The position numbers were made by a program, and so were the translations under genes. DNA of 64,000 bases from Bdellovibrionales bacterium. GTDB taxonomy: Bacteria; Bdellovibrionota; Bdellovibrionia; Bdellovibrionales; UBA1609. The notes below the pieces were generated by a model that saw nothing but the letters and a program-made list of their open reading frames with translations, was not told the origin of the DNA and made no database searches. Position 1 is the first letter of the stretch. Every line of letters starts with the position of its first letter. The DNA lies in contig JALZUR010000024.1 in NCBI GenBank assembly GCA_023301025.1, positions 6,806 to 70,805 of the forward strand. Reading direction: 5' to 3'. Shown here piece by piece: positions 1 through 12,797 of the stretch.

Positions 1-306
1 TTGATCTTCTCTAAAAGTGCCACTATCTACGATAACATTTAAAAGCTTTTCTTCAGTTTTATTCTGATTAACTCTTTTTAAAAAAAGTTGCATAGCATTT
101 AAAAAAGCTCCATCTCTATCAGTGATGAGATGTTCATCTTCTCCATAAAAATCAAACAGCATATCTTTATTGTCTTTTGAAACTTTAACATCGTAGGACA
201 AATCAAGACCAGAATGTTTAATAACATTAGAAACAACGTCCTCTAAAATATTTTGTGTCCCACTTTTAGAGGAACCACCTCCGAATATTCTCTTAAATAA
301 ACTCAT
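1..306 (-). CDS. Jag/KhpB-like RNA-binding protein, N-terminal part (gene runs off the window start)
   Basis: Not in ORF track. Reverse translation from ATG at 306 gives MSLFKRIFGGG...LITDRDGAFLNAMQLFLKRV...VDSGTFRED, resembling the KH segment and following region of Jag. AAGGAG RBS at 314-319 (minus). Lies downstream of yidC as in many bacteria. Confidence 0.55.
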   Translation of the reverse strand, partial: MSLFKRIFGGGSSKSGTQNILEDVVSNVIKHSGLDLSYDVKVSKDNKDMLFDFYGEDEHLITDRDGAFLNAMQLFLKRVNQNKTEEKLLNVIVDSGTFREDQ

Positions 307-324
307 TTATTTTCTCCTTGTATA

Positions 325-1941
325 TTAACTAATTTTTGTAGGTTTATCTCGTAAAAAAATTGCATGCTGAGCGATACCAAACCAAGTAGTAACAACCATA
401 TAAAGTGTTAGTGCACTTGGAAGAGTAAAAATGAAAAGTCCAAAAACTAGAGGCATAATAAGCATCAGTCTTTTTTGGGACTTTTCCATTGTATTTGGAG
501 TGATAAGTTGGTGAACAACCATACCAACAATAGAAATAAGCGGAAGTATGAAATAAGGATCAACTTTGGTTAAGTCAGTAATCCATAAAAAGAAAGGGGC
601 TTGATAAAGATCAACACTCTCGCTTAAACCTCTATAAAATGCGAAGAAAACTGGAAGCTGAAGCACCATAGGTAAACAACCACCTAAAGGGTTTACTTTA
701 TTCTCTTTCATAATTTGCATGGTAAGAAGTTGTACTTTTTGTTTGTCGTTTTTATGCTTCTCTTTAATTTCTTTTAACTTAGGTTGGATCTTTTGCATCT
801 TCTTCATGGATTTAAAAGAAGATACAGCTAAAGGCATAATCAATAGTCTTATCAAAAACGTTAATATGATAACAGCAAGACCGTAGTTTCCAACTAAAGC
901 GAAAATTGAATTTAAAACTTTAACAATTGGACGTGCAACAAAACCCAAAATATTAAAATCAATAAGGTCTAATAAAGGAGGGCCTTTTTTCTCTAAAAGA
1001 TCAAGTCGCTTAGGTCCTATAAAAAGACTGTAGCTAATTTTATCAACATTAACTTCATTGGTAAAATTATAGCTGAGAAGAGAACTGATTTTTGAGTTAT
1101 TCTGTTCAAAACTTGAATTTGGCGAGAGCTTGCCCTCATTCAAAAAAGCTATAGAAAAGTAGTGATCTGATAAAGAGTAGAGTTTAACATTAGAAAAGTT
1201 TTCTTTTTCAGTTTGTTTATCAGTGCTAAGTATTCGCCTTTCATCACTGTCAGCATAGTCTATATAAAATTCGTTTCTATCAAAAGCGGGCAGAAAGAAG
1301 ATAACTTTTTTAGGATCTGTTATATTCGCTTGTATTGGATGATCTATAGTAAAAGCATTATTTTTAGGAACACCAAGAAGTTCAATCGTAACATCTAAAG
1401 TAAAACTCTCAGAATTTATTAATATAGTTTTTTTTAAAGTCCCACCACCAGGTAAATTTGCAAGACCTTCAAGTTTGTTGTTGTTAATCTGTGATACTTT
1501 AAAATTTACAACTCTATTATTGTAGTAAGTTGGAAAAACAAGTTTTGGATACTTAAAAACATAAGCTTTATTCTTAACTCTATTAATGTCTTTAATTTTT
1601 ATGCCTTCTACAGAAAGACCACGACTGTTAAAGTCTAAATACCAGTATTTATCTTCAAAAGTAGTGAGTGTGGGCTCTGATGCGGGTTCGATTGCTGCAT
1701 TAAGTGAATCAGTAGTATTTTCTTTTTTATCAAGAACTGCATTTACAGGTTCACCATTGACGGATGTATTAGTTACATTGTCATTTTTTATGAGTTCTTT
1801 TTTATTTTTAAGATTTGCTTTGTAACTGTCAGGGTATTTTACTTTTAAATACTGCTGCCATCCAAAAAAAAGAGCAAAAGTTATTACAATTGCAATAAGC
1901 GTATTTGGATCAAGAAAGGACTTGTTTTTATTGTCATTCAT
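325..1941 (-). CDS. yidC: Membrane protein insertase YidC
   Basis: 538 aa. N-terminal TM helix plus large periplasmic domain; C-terminal insertase core with GGCLPMVLQLPVFFAFY and multiple TM helices. Canonical position after rnpA/yidD. Confidence 0.95.
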   Translation of the reverse strand: MNDNKNKSFLDPNTLIAIVITFALFFGWQQYLKVKYPDSYKANLKNKKELIKNDNVTNTSVNGEPVNAVLDKKENTTDSLNAAIEPASEPTLTTFEDKYWYLDFNSRGLSVEGIKIKDINRVKNKAYVFKYPKLVFPTYYNNRVVNFKVSQINNNKLEGLANLPGGGTLKKTILINSESFTLDVTIELLGVPKNNAFTIDHPIQANITDPKKVIFFLPAFDRNEFYIDYADSDERRILSTDKQTEKENFSNVKLYSLSDHYFSIAFLNEGKLSPNSSFEQNNSKISSLLSYNFTNEVNVDKISYSLFIGPKRLDLLEKKGPPLLDLIDFNILGFVARPIVKVLNSIFALVGNYGLAVIILTFLIRLLIMPLAVSSFKSMKKMQKIQPKLKEIKEKHKNDKQKVQLLTMQIMKENKVNPLGGCLPMVLQLPVFFAFYRGLSESVDLYQAPFFLWITDLTKVDPYFILPLISIVGMVVHQLITPNTMEKSQKRLMLIMPLVFGLFIFTLPSALTLYMVVTTWFGIAQHAIFLRDKPTKIS

Positions 1942-2225
1942 TTGATGGTATCCTTAATTCTAGATGTTTGATTTGGTAAGGGATCATAGCCATAACTGCC
2001 TAAAGGGTGACATTTGATTAGTCTCAAAAATATAAGACGTATTGCTGATAAAAAACTAAACTTTTGCAAAGAATGTAGAGCATATTCAGAGCATGAGGGA
2101 CTAAACCTACATGTTGGTTTTTTATTAAAAACAGGCTTTAAATAGATATAGAACTTAATTGCATTTAGGCAAAAAATCTTTAGAATTTTTTGTAAAAAAA
2201 TGTTCAATGTCTGAATGAACTTCAT
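1938..2225 (-). CDS. yidD: Membrane protein insertion efficiency factor YidD
   Basis: CRFSPSCSEYAL ... CHPLGSYGYDPLP is the YidD signature. 4-nt overlap with the yidC start; overlaps the rnpA 3' end by 71 nt if the ATG at 2225 is used. Confidence 0.85.
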   Translation of the reverse strand: MKFIQTLNIFLQKILKIFCLNAIKFYIYLKPVFNKKPTCRFSPSCSEYALHSLQKFSFLSAIRLIFLRLIKCHPLGSYGYDPLPNQTSRIKDTIK

Positions 2226-2715
2226 TTAAACTTAAAGTAGAAACTGAATCTGATTTACGAGCATAAACTATATTCACTAAGCTAATTGTATCTAAGTCAT
2301 TTTCAACAGACCGTAGAATACTTTTTTTAGCATAATGATTGTCGTAATCTTCGACATTTTGTCGATTACTAACTAGATTATCTTGAACTTCATTTTCACC
2401 TTTTATAGCACGTTTTTTATTAATGCTTTTAGAAGATGAAACCTTCTCAAACAAACCATAAGTTGAGTGATTATCTTTTAATCTATTTTGAGAGATATAC
2501 CTACTCAATCCAGCGCGGATCAACCTCTTAACTCTATTACGATCAACAGCTTTTCTGACATTTTTCTTTGTTACTGTGAAGCCCACGTGCATGGGGCTTG
2601 AAAAAAGCATTTGAGGCTCGGTTGAATAGTAAAAAATAAAATTTTTTGTTCGAAAAGATTTAGATCTTGATTTTAGATGTTCATAACCTATTTTTTTTAA
2701 TTTATGCAGAATCAA
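2155..2715 (-). CDS. rnpA: RNase P protein component (unusually long, 186 aa)
   Basis: VGFTVTKKNVRKAVDRNRVKRLIRAG matches the RnpA RNR motif. TTG start 11 nt downstream of the rpmH stop. Confidence 0.85.
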   Translation of the reverse strand: MILHKLKKIGYEHLKSRSKSFRTKNFIFYYSTEPQMLFSSPMHVGFTVTKKNVRKAVDRNRVKRLIRAGLSRYISQNRLKDNHSTYGLFEKVSSSKSINKKRAIKGENEVQDNLVSNRQNVEDYDNHYAKKSILRSVENDLDTISLVNIVYARKSDSVSTLSLNEVHSDIEHFFTKNSKDFLPKCN

Positions 2716-2726
2716 ATTAAGTGCTC

Positions 2727-2876
2727 TTACTTTCCTCCAGTAATAACTGAAAGTCTTTTACGGCCTTTAGCTCTTCTTCGAGACAACACTTTTTGACCAT
2801 CAGCTGTAGCCATTCTTTTTCTGAATCCGTGGCGTCTTTTTCTTTTAATACGACTTGGTTGATACGTCCTTTTCAC
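2727..2876 (-). CDS. rpmH: 50S ribosomal protein L34
   Basis: Not in ORF track (49 aa). GTG start at 2876 with GGGAGGA RBS upstream. Translation [49 protein letters not shown] is a textbook L34. Confidence 0.95.
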   Translation of the reverse strand: MKRTYQPSRIKRKRRHGFRKRMATADGQKVLSRRRAKGRKRLSVITGGK

Positions 2877-3026
2877 ATTTTCCTCCCATCAGTAAGATAA
2901 GGTCTGTGTACATATCAAAATGACAATGAAGGTCAAGAGAAATAAGGCTTTTGGCTTTTAGAGAGCTTAGATCATAAAAACTTAAATAGTTTACAAAACA
3001 AGGTCATTTTTTTGTTTTTCTTAGAG

Positions 3027-3035
3027 TTTTCCACA
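3027..3035 (+). promoter_or_regulatory. DnaA-box-like site TTTTCCACA in the rpmH-dnaA spacer (possible dnaA autoregulation or origin element)
   Basis: One mismatch to TTATCCACA; 74 nt upstream of the dnaA start. Confidence 0.4.
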
Positions 3036-3108
3036 TTTTTTATTGAATAAAATAAGTACTGAACTATAGTTACCATCTAAGTTTCGCTCTGTACGAGGGG
3101 GTTATTCG

Positions 3109-4572
3109 TTGAAGCATGATTTGTGGGATAATGTAAAAAAGAGTTTACAGTCAAAACACTCAGGCAATGAGTATGTAGACACATGGTTTAGGCCAACAGA
3201 GCTCATAAAAGTACAGGATTTACCGGGTCACAACACTCGCTTTAGTTTAGGTGTTCCTACTGAGCTTCATAAATACTGGCTTTCAGAACATTTTATGGGT
3301 GAAATTAGAGAGTCAATTCGTGAAATTTTTACAGAGCCTTTTGATCTTGAAATATCAGTAAGCAGTGAGCTAAAAAATAAAAGCCTTCAAGCTACACCCT
3401 CACACGCCCCATCTATTCAGCCCTCTCAAATGACTACACCTTCACCTGATCCTAAAAAATTAGCTCACCACCAAAATTTTAATCAGGGTAGTCAAATGCA
3501 GACTGTTCAAAAGCCTTTTGTAAGGCCTGCTAAGTTTACGTCTGACAACTTAAACAATGAGTACACCTTCTCAAATTTTGTAGTTGGTAGAAACAATGAG
3601 TTTGCCCATGCAGCCTGTCACAATATAGCTGAGAACCCAAAAAGTGGAGATTACAACCCACTCTTTATATGTGGGCCAACAGGTATGGGCAAAACGCACT
3701 TAATTAACGCTGTAGCAAATCATCTTTTAGAAAAAGACCCAACAAAAATAATAACTTACGTCTCGGCAGAAAAATTTTTAAATGAATGTGTCTCATGTCT
3801 TCGACGTGCAGAAATGCACAAATTTAGAAAAAAATACCGTGAGAGATCAAACATTCTTTTAATGGACGATATTCAAGTGCTCGGGCGAGGTGAAGTTATT
3901 CAACAAGAGTTTTTCCACACTTTAAATGAATACCTAGAAACCGGAAGGCAAGTTGTTGTAGCATCTGACAGAATGCCAAAAGACATGAAAGATTTTGAAG
4001 ACCGGATCAGAACGCGCTTAGAATGGGGTCTAATTGCCGATATTCAAATGCCTGATGTGGAAACACGTGTGGCTATCTTAAATTATAAGGCCGAGCGCAT
4101 ACATTTAAATCTAAATATTGAAGTTCTTAACTATGTGGCGCGTATTTCTAGAAGATCCATTCGTGAACTGGAAGGAAATCTTAAAAAAATCAAAATGGTT
4201 TCGGAGCTTCAAAACAAAAAAATTGATTTAGAACTTTGCAAAAAAGTTTTATCACACCACGATTCAAAAGCCACCGTTACAATCGAAGATATTGTAAAGC
4301 TCATCTCCAATTATTTTGAAATCAAGATTCAGGATATTAAAGGAAAAAGTAGATCTAAGAATATTCTTATTGCTCGTCAGGTAGGCATGTACCTTTTAAA
4401 GAATCATTTAGATAAAAGTTTGGTAGAAATTGGGCGAATTTTCGGTGGTAGAGATCACACCACAGTGATGAATGCTGTTAGAAAGATAGAAAAGCACAAA
4501 GGTGAGAATGCTGAAATCCGTAAAAATATCGAAGACTTAAACAGAAAGATACACAATTTAACAGGGGTGTGA
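3109..4572 (+). CDS. dnaA: Chromosomal replication initiator DnaA
   Basis: 487 aa. Walker A GPTGMGKTHL; C-terminal DNA-binding domain (ARQVGMYL...GGRDHTTVMNA). TTG start with GAGGGGG RBS 7 nt upstream. Confidence 0.97.
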   Translation: MKHDLWDNVKKSLQSKHSGNEYVDTWFRPTELIKVQDLPGHNTRFSLGVPTELHKYWLSEHFMGEIRESIREIFTEPFDLEISVSSELKNKSLQATPSHAPSIQPSQMTTPSPDPKKLAHHQNFNQGSQMQTVQKPFVRPAKFTSDNLNNEYTFSNFVVGRNNEFAHAACHNIAENPKSGDYNPLFICGPTGMGKTHLINAVANHLLEKDPTKIITYVSAEKFLNECVSCLRRAEMHKFRKKYRERSNILLMDDIQVLGRGEVIQQEFFHTLNEYLETGRQVVVASDRMPKDMKDFEDRIRTRLEWGLIADIQMPDVETRVAILNYKAERIHLNLNIEVLNYVARISRRSIRELEGNLKKIKMVSELQNKKIDLELCKKVLSHHDSKATVTIEDIVKLISNYFEIKIQDIKGKSRSKNILIARQVGMYLLKNHLDKSLVEIGRIFGGRDHTTVMNAVRKIEKHKGENAEIRKNIEDLNRKIHNLTGV

Positions 4573-4604
4573 ATACTAGATTGTTTATAAATACTTTATA
4601 AGTC

Positions 4605-4613
4605 TGTGGATAA
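4605..4613 (-). promoter_or_regulatory. Perfect DnaA box (TGTGGATAA = TTATCCACA on minus strand)
   Basis: Exact 9/9 match to the consensus DnaA box, read directly. Confidence 0.7.
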
Positions 4614-4721
4614 AAAAACAGCCCTTTTTGATGTGTAAAAAGAGGCACTTATGAGTCTTTTTTTCCCAAGCCGTTTTTTAAAGAATATTTAGTTATTACA
4701 AGGCGTTATAAAAAATATACA

Positions 4722-4730
4722 CAATCCACA
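4722..4730 (+). promoter_or_regulatory. Relaxed DnaA box CAATCCACA
   Basis: Conserved TCCACA core; two mismatches at the 5' end. Confidence 0.35.
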
Positions 4731-4802
4731 TCCCCTACTACTACTGCTATTATATAAATATATATAGAGTAGAGTATAAAGAGAGTCATTGGAGGCTTTA
4801 AA

Positions 4803-5933
4803 ATGAAAGCAAGTTTAAACAGAGATAAACTCTTCAACTTGATAGCAAAGGCACAAAACATAGTCGATAAAAGAAACACTATGCCTGTGTTAAGCAATAT
4901 ACTTATCAAAGCTAAGAACAACACTTTAAAGCTTTACGCTACAGACTTGGAGGTGAGTATTAAAACTCACTGTGATGCCAACGTTGAGGTTGAAGGTGAT
5001 GTTGTTGTTAATGCTAAAAACTTTTTCGATATACTTCGTGAGCTTCCAAACTCAGAGATTCAACTTGAAAAGCAAGACAATCACTCGTTACACATAACTC
5101 AAAACTCATCCTTCTTCCACATTAACGGCATGGATCCAAATGAATTTCCAGTCTTTCCAGGTTTCAAAGATGAAAAGTTTGTAAAGTTTTTATCACCACT
5201 CATCTCAGAAATGATTGAGAAAACGATTTACTCGGTCTCTAACGATAAAAGTCGGTATTATCTTAACGGAGTACTCTTCGAAGAAGAAAACGTCACAGAG
5301 GGCGATAAAACGTTCAGAATGGTGGCGACCGATGGGCATCGTTTAAGTTTGATTGACCGAACCTTCGCTGAAGAGAATGTAAAACTTTTTGAGTCGGGTG
5401 TTATAGTTCCTAAGAAAGGACTGTTTGAAATAAAAAAATTAATGGAGAGTACTGCTGTTGATGAAACTGTGGAAATCTCTGTGGATGGTGCGCAACTTGT
5501 TTTAAAGACATCGGATAGTTTACTGATGGTTAGGCTTATTGAAGGGAAGTACCCTAATTATAAAAAGCTTCTCCCACAATCTTTAAAACATACGGCTGTG
5601 ATAAATCGTGAGCAGTTAATGTCATGTTTAAAAAGAGTTTCTTTACTTTCAAATCAAAAATCTAAAGGTGTTACATTTAATTTTTCAAAAGGTAAGATGA
5701 CAATTCTTTCTTCGTCTCAAGATTTGGGTGAAGCCAAAGAAGATATAAATGTGGATTACAATGAGGAAAACTTAAAAATCGGTTTTAACGCCATGTATAT
5801 CATGGACGTTTTGTCTTCTATTGAAGAGACTGAAATTGAGATGCACTTTAATGATCAAACTTCACCAGTTCTGTTAACTCCTTTAAAAGACAAAAACTAC
5901 ACCTGTGTTGTTATGCCCATGAGGACGATGTAG
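4803..5933 (+). CDS. dnaN: DNA polymerase III beta sliding clamp
   Basis: 376 aa, three-domain clamp length, C-terminus VVMPMR. GGAGG RBS at 4791-4795. Follows dnaA. Confidence 0.97.
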   Translation: MKASLNRDKLFNLIAKAQNIVDKRNTMPVLSNILIKAKNNTLKLYATDLEVSIKTHCDANVEVEGDVVVNAKNFFDILRELPNSEIQLEKQDNHSLHITQNSSFFHINGMDPNEFPVFPGFKDEKFVKFLSPLISEMIEKTIYSVSNDKSRYYLNGVLFEEENVTEGDKTFRMVATDGHRLSLIDRTFAEENVKLFESGVIVPKKGLFEIKKLMESTAVDETVEISVDGAQLVLKTSDSLLMVRLIEGKYPNYKKLLPQSLKHTAVINREQLMSCLKRVSLLSNQKSKGVTFNFSKGKMTILSSSQDLGEAKEDINVDYNEENLKIGFNAMYIMDVLSSIEETEIEMHFNDQTSPVLLTPLKDKNYTCVVMPMRTM

Positions 5934-5934
5934 T

Positions 5935-7059
5935 TTGTATATAAATCAAATCAAAACATTTGGGTTTAGAAACCTAGAGGTTTCGGAATTCAATCCGAAT
6001 CCTAATGTTAATATTTTTATAGGTAAAAACGGTCACGGGAAGACAAACCTATTAGAAACTATATATGTTGCCTCAAAAGGTAAGTCTTTTAGGCCTGGAA
6101 AAATCGCCGAATGGAGATGTCAAAAGGTAGAATCAAACTTACCTTGTAAACTAGAGTTTATCTTAAAAGACAATAATCACAGCCATAAGTTAAAGATCTT
6201 ATGGGAAGAGGATAAAAAACAAATCTTTTTAGATGAAAAAAAAGTTACTTCAGGCAAACTTCTTCAAGTTTTCCCAACAATTCTATTTAGTCCTGAAAGT
6301 TTGCTATCTATAAAAGAAGGTTCTGACAAAAGAAGAACTTTAATTGATGAAGTTCTTACCTCTTCTATAAAAACACAACATTTTTATACTCAATATAAAA
6401 AGAGTCTAAAAAGTAGAAATAGATTTTTAAAAGAATCTAAAGAGTCTGGGCAATTCAATGAAATTTTATTTAAAAGTCTAAATGTACTTTTTTTAAATTT
6501 TTCAGCACAGCTAACAGCAGCAAGAATAGATCTTTTGTTTAAATTGAGCCCACACATTAAAAAAGCTATGTCTTTGATATTTGGAAACGAATTAAAATTT
6601 GATTTTGAATATATTGTTTCAGACAGACTTGTGAAGAGTTGGTCACCAAAAGAAATCTTAGATCACCACGAAGCGCGGTCAGTAGAGTTAAAAAATGCGG
6701 AACTTTCTTATGGTTCAAGTTTAGTTGGAGCTCACAAACACGATATTAAATTTATTTTAAATGGCCAAGACGTTCGTTATTTTGGATCTCAAGGCCAACA
6801 AAGAGGTTTAATATTAGCTTTTAAAATGGCTGAAGTTCTTTATAGGTTTGAACAAGGTGATAAGCCTGTTTTACTTTTAGACGATGTTTTGTCGGAGTTA
6901 GATTTAGAAAAAAGACAAAAACTAGTTGAGTTCTTAAGTACGTTTGAAACTCAAATATTTATTACAACCACAGACTTTATTGATGATGTAAAAATCAATG
7001 GAGATTATTATAATATAAATTTAGGTCATATAGAGCTGAATCAAAGACGGAATGATTAG
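5935..7059 (+). CDS. recF: DNA replication and repair protein RecF
   Basis: Walker A GKNGHGKTNLLE, ABC-like signature SQGQQR, Walker B LLLDDV. TTG start. Confidence 0.9.
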   Translation: MYINQIKTFGFRNLEVSEFNPNPNVNIFIGKNGHGKTNLLETIYVASKGKSFRPGKIAEWRCQKVESNLPCKLEFILKDNNHSHKLKILWEEDKKQIFLDEKKVTSGKLLQVFPTILFSPESLLSIKEGSDKRRTLIDEVLTSSIKTQHFYTQYKKSLKSRNRFLKESKESGQFNEILFKSLNVLFLNFSAQLTAARIDLLFKLSPHIKKAMSLIFGNELKFDFEYIVSDRLVKSWSPKEILDHHEARSVELKNAELSYGSSLVGAHKHDIKFILNGQDVRYFGSQGQQRGLILAFKMAEVLYRFEQGDKPVLLLDDVLSELDLEKRQKLVEFLSTFETQIFITTTDFIDDVKINGDYYNINLGHIELNQRRND

Positions 7060-7067
7060 AGGTATAG

Positions 7068-9473
<2,406 letters not shown>

Positions 9474-9487
9474 GAGGAAGGTTTGAT

Positions 9488-11977
9488 ATGGAAGAGAATA
9501 TGACTCAAGAAAAGGGTGTTTCTGACATAGACATTAATAAAGAGATGAAGGGTGCTTACCTTCAGTACTCTATGAGTGTGATTGTTGGAAGAGCTTTGCC
9601 GGATGTAAGAGATGGCTTAAAACCAGTTCATAGAAGAATTCTCTATGCGATGCATGATTTAAATAACACTCACGACAAGCCCTATAAAAAATCGGCTCGT
9701 ATTGTTGGTAACGTAATTGCAAAGTATCACCCCCATGGAGATACGGCAGTTTATGATGCTATGGTGAGAATGGCTCAAGACTTTTCTGTTAGAGAGCCTT
9801 TAGTTGATGGACAAGGTAACTTTGGTTCTATCGATGGAGATAGCCCAGCTGCACAAAGGTACACAGAAGTCCGAATGACAAAACTTGCAGAAGTTTTATT
9901 AGAAGACATTCAAAAAGATACGGTTGATCACAGTCCTAACTATGATGACTCTTTACTTATTCCAAATGTACTTCCTGCTAAATACCCAAACCTCCTAGTT
10001 AATGGAAGTTCAGGGATTGCTGTTGGTATGGCCACAAATATTCCTCCGCACAATTTAGATGAAGTGATTGATGGCTGTTTGTATTTAATAGATTCACCAG
10101 AAGCGCAAATTGATGATTTGATTAAAATTGTTAAAGGGCCTGATTTTCCTACAAGTGCGAAAATTATGGGTAGAGAGGGCATTGTTAAAGCTTACAGAAC
10201 TGGTAAAGGCAGCATAACTTTACAGTCTATTTGTGAAATTGAAGAAGATGCTAAGGGGCGTGAGCAGATTATTGTCACTGAGCTTCCTTATCAGGTGAAT
10301 AAAGCAAAGCTTATTGAAACTATTGCGCAACACGTTCGTGATAAAAAGATTGAAGGTATTTCTGATATTAGAGATGAATCAAGTAGAGAAGGTATTAGAG
10401 TTGTTATAAAAGTTAAAAGAGACGCAAGTGCTCAGATTCTTTTAAACAAGCTTTATAAGATGACTCAACTTCAAGTTAACTTTGGAATAAACCTTTTAGC
10501 TTTAGATAAAAACAACAAGCCTCATCTTTTTAATCTTAAAGAAGTTTTAAGTGCTTTTATAGAACACAGAAAAGATGTAATTATTAGAAGATGTCTTTTT
10601 GATTTAAGAAAAGCTGAAGACAGAGAGCATATACTTCTGGGTTTAACCAAAGCTTTAGATAATATAGATGAAGTGATTAAGACTATTAGAGCATCACAAG
10701 AGGCCAGTGATGCTTTGATGGCTTTAATAGACAAATTTTCTTTTACAAAAAGACAAGCCCAAGCAATTTTAGATATGAGACTTCAACGCTTAACAGGCTT
10801 AGAGCAAGCTAAGATTGATAAAGAGTTAGAAGAGATTAAAACAAAAATCACTTGGTTGAAAAAAGTTTTGTCAGACATAGATGAAGTTTTACAGATTATC
10901 TGTGCAGAACTTAAAGAAATCAAAGAAAAGTACGGCAACATTAGAAGAACAAAAATTGATCATGCTGCTGAAGATTTTGATTTTGAAGATTTAATTGATA
11001 ACGAAGATGTCTTAGTAAGCCTTACTCAAGAAGGTTATGTTAAAAGAATGTCTGTCGATCAGTATAAGGTTCAAAAAAGAGGTGGAAAAGGGGTTAAAGG
11101 ATCATCACAAGTAGAAGGTGATTTCGTAAGAGAGATAATTCATACAGACACCTACTCGACGTTAATGGTGTTCACAGATAAGGGAAAAGTGTACTGGACA
11201 CGAGTTCACAGTTTACCTAAAGGTTCAAGAACAACAAAAGGTAAGTCTATAAAAAATGCCGTACAACTCTCTCCAAATGAACATGTTGCAGCTCTTATGG
11301 CTGTGTCTAATTACGCTGAATCTCAAGGTGAAATACTTTTTGTTACATCTCACGGTATTGTTAAAAGAACAAACTTAGAACAATTCTCGAAGCCTAGAGC
11401 AAGTGGTTTGATTGCCTTAACAACAGATATTGAAGACACTTTGATACGAGCAAAATTAACATCTGGAACAGATGATCTACTTCTTATTACAAAACTTGGT
11501 ATGTCTATAAGATTCGATGAGAATCAAATTAGATCTATGGGTAGAACAGCAAGAGGTGTTAAAGGTATCAAACTTTCAAAAGATGATCTTGTTGTAGGTT
11601 CAGTTGTTTTACCGAAAGGGGAGCAAGACACACAAAAGATGCTAATACTTACAAGTAAAGGTTTTGGTAAACGAACTAAACTTGATGAGTACAGAAATCA
11701 ATCAAGAGGTGGTGTTGGTGTAACAACTCAAAAAATCACCGATAAAGTGGGTGAGGTAGTTACAGCAACTCTTGTTTTAGATACAGATGAAGTGGTTATT
11801 TCAACAAATAAAGGTCAGGCGATACGACTAAAAGCTTCTGATGTTTCTACCTACGGTAGATCAACTCAAGGTTTAAGAGTTATCAATCTTAATAGTGGTG
11901 AGCACGTAACAGGTTTAACAGTTCTTCCTCATCAAGAAAGCGAAGAGTCAAATATATTTGAAGAGGTTAAGAGTTAA
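9488..11977 (+). CDS. gyrA: DNA gyrase subunit A
   Basis: 829 aa. [10 protein letters not shown] (QRDR), catalytic-Tyr region [10 protein letters not shown], GyrA-box-like QKRGGKG. Confidence 0.98.
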   Translation: MEENMTQEKGVSDIDINKEMKGAYLQYSMSVIVGRALPDVRDGLKPVHRRILYAMHDLNNTHDKPYKKSARIVGNVIAKYHPHGDTAVYDAMVRMAQDFSVREPLVDGQGNFGSIDGDSPAAQRYTEVRMTKLAEVLLEDIQKDTVDHSPNYDDSLLIPNVLPAKYPNLLVNGSSGIAVGMATNIPPHNLDEVIDGCLYLIDSPEAQIDDLIKIVKGPDFPTSAKIMGREGIVKAYRTGKGSITLQSICEIEEDAKGREQIIVTELPYQVNKAKLIETIAQHVRDKKIEGISDIRDESSREGIRVVIKVKRDASAQILLNKLYKMTQLQVNFGINLLALDKNNKPHLFNLKEVLSAFIEHRKDVIIRRCLFDLRKAEDREHILLGLTKALDNIDEVIKTIRASQEASDALMALIDKFSFTKRQAQAILDMRLQRLTGLEQAKIDKELEEIKTKITWLKKVLSDIDEVLQIICAELKEIKEKYGNIRRTKIDHAAEDFDFEDLIDNEDVLVSLTQEGYVKRMSVDQYKVQKRGGKGVKGSSQVEGDFVREIIHTDTYSTLMVFTDKGKVYWTRVHSLPKGSRTTKGKSIKNAVQLSPNEHVAALMAVSNYAESQGEILFVTSHGIVKRTNLEQFSKPRASGLIALTTDIEDTLIRAKLTSGTDDLLLITKLGMSIRFDENQIRSMGRTARGVKGIKLSKDDLVVGSVVLPKGEQDTQKMLILTSKGFGKRTKLDEYRNQSRGGVGVTTQKITDKVGEVVTATLVLDTDEVVISTNKGQAIRLKASDVSTYGRSTQGLRVINLNSGEHVTGLTVLPHQESEESNIFEEVKS

Positions 11978-11981
11978 ATAA

Positions 11982-12797
11982 GTGATGAGGTTTTTTTTAA
12001 AAATAAATCTTTTACTAGTTTTTATAATAACACTCACTGCCTGCAGTTCAGGAGTGTCTAAAAAAATTGAAAAAATTCAAAGTAAAAGTACAGAAAACCC
12101 GTCTCAAAAACTAGTGCTTCTAGATCAGCTTTATGACAGCTTAAGCAAAGACGAAAATAAGTTAAAAGTTTTAGAATCTATAGAAAGATTAATAAGAGAA
12201 AGAATAAAAGATCCTAATCTACTTTTACAAATTTATAAGAAGCAGGCTTTCTTTAGCAGAACAGATAAAGATAGAAATTTAGTCTTTTTAAAAATAGCTC
12301 AATTATCTGTTCAAAATCTTAAAGACAACGTTATTGCACAAAATTATCTTTTTAAAATTAAAGAGGAATTACTTGATAAAGAACAAAGAGATCAGTTTTA
12401 TCAATTAAAGGTTTTATCTTTTATCAACTCAGGTCAGTTTCAGCAGGCAAATGTCGAGGTGAATGATCTTCTTAAAAGAAAAGACTTAAGCCCTACTGAA
12501 AGATTTAAAATCAATATGCTTAGAACCAGAATTTTAAGTGCTAAGAAGAAAAACTCAGAAGTTGAAAAGGTTCTTTTAGGTCTTTTAAGAACACATCCCA
12601 ACCTTTCTATGAAGTGGAGGCTAAGGTCACAACTTTCAGTGCTTTACGAAGACAATGAAGATTTCAAAAGTGCTTTAGAACAACTCAACATGATGAAAGA
12701 AGAGCAAGGTGAAGATGAGCTGTTATTAGCCAGAATCAAACAGCTTGAAAAAAGATCAAAACAACAGCCAGGTGCAAAAGGTTGGTTGAGGCGATAA
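11982..12797 (+). CDS. Hypothetical lipoprotein, helical-repeat (TPR-like) character
   Basis: Signal peptide with lipobox LTAC. Lys/Leu/Glu-rich helical sequence; no catalytic motif recognised. Confidence 0.55.
   Translation: MMRFFLKINLLLVFIITLTACSSGVSKKIEKIQSKSTENPSQKLVLLDQLYDSLSKDENKLKVLESIERLIRERIKDPNLLLQIYKKQAFFSRTDKDRNLVFLKIAQLSVQNLKDNVIAQNYLFKIKEELLDKEQRDQFYQLKVLSFINSGQFQQANVEVNDLLKRKDLSPTERFKINMLRTRILSAKKKNSEVEKVLLGLLRTHPNLSMKWRLRSQLSVLYEDNEDFKSALEQLNMMKEEQGEDELLLARIKQLEKRSKQQPGAKGWLRR

Larger units (their letters stand above)
4573..4802. other. Candidate oriC / DnaA-box region (dnaA-dnaN spacer)
   Basis: 230-bp spacer with one perfect and one relaxed DnaA box plus a 19-nt pure A/T run (4748-4766). 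Gene orientation switches at rpmH|dnaA. Confidence 0.5.

Noticed and set aside
4706-4924. 72-aa minus-strand ORF spanning the dnaA-dnaN spacer and the dnaN start.
   Set aside because: It overlaps the dnaN start and RBS and the candidate origin. The hydrophobic translation is explained by the A/T-rich antisense sequence.
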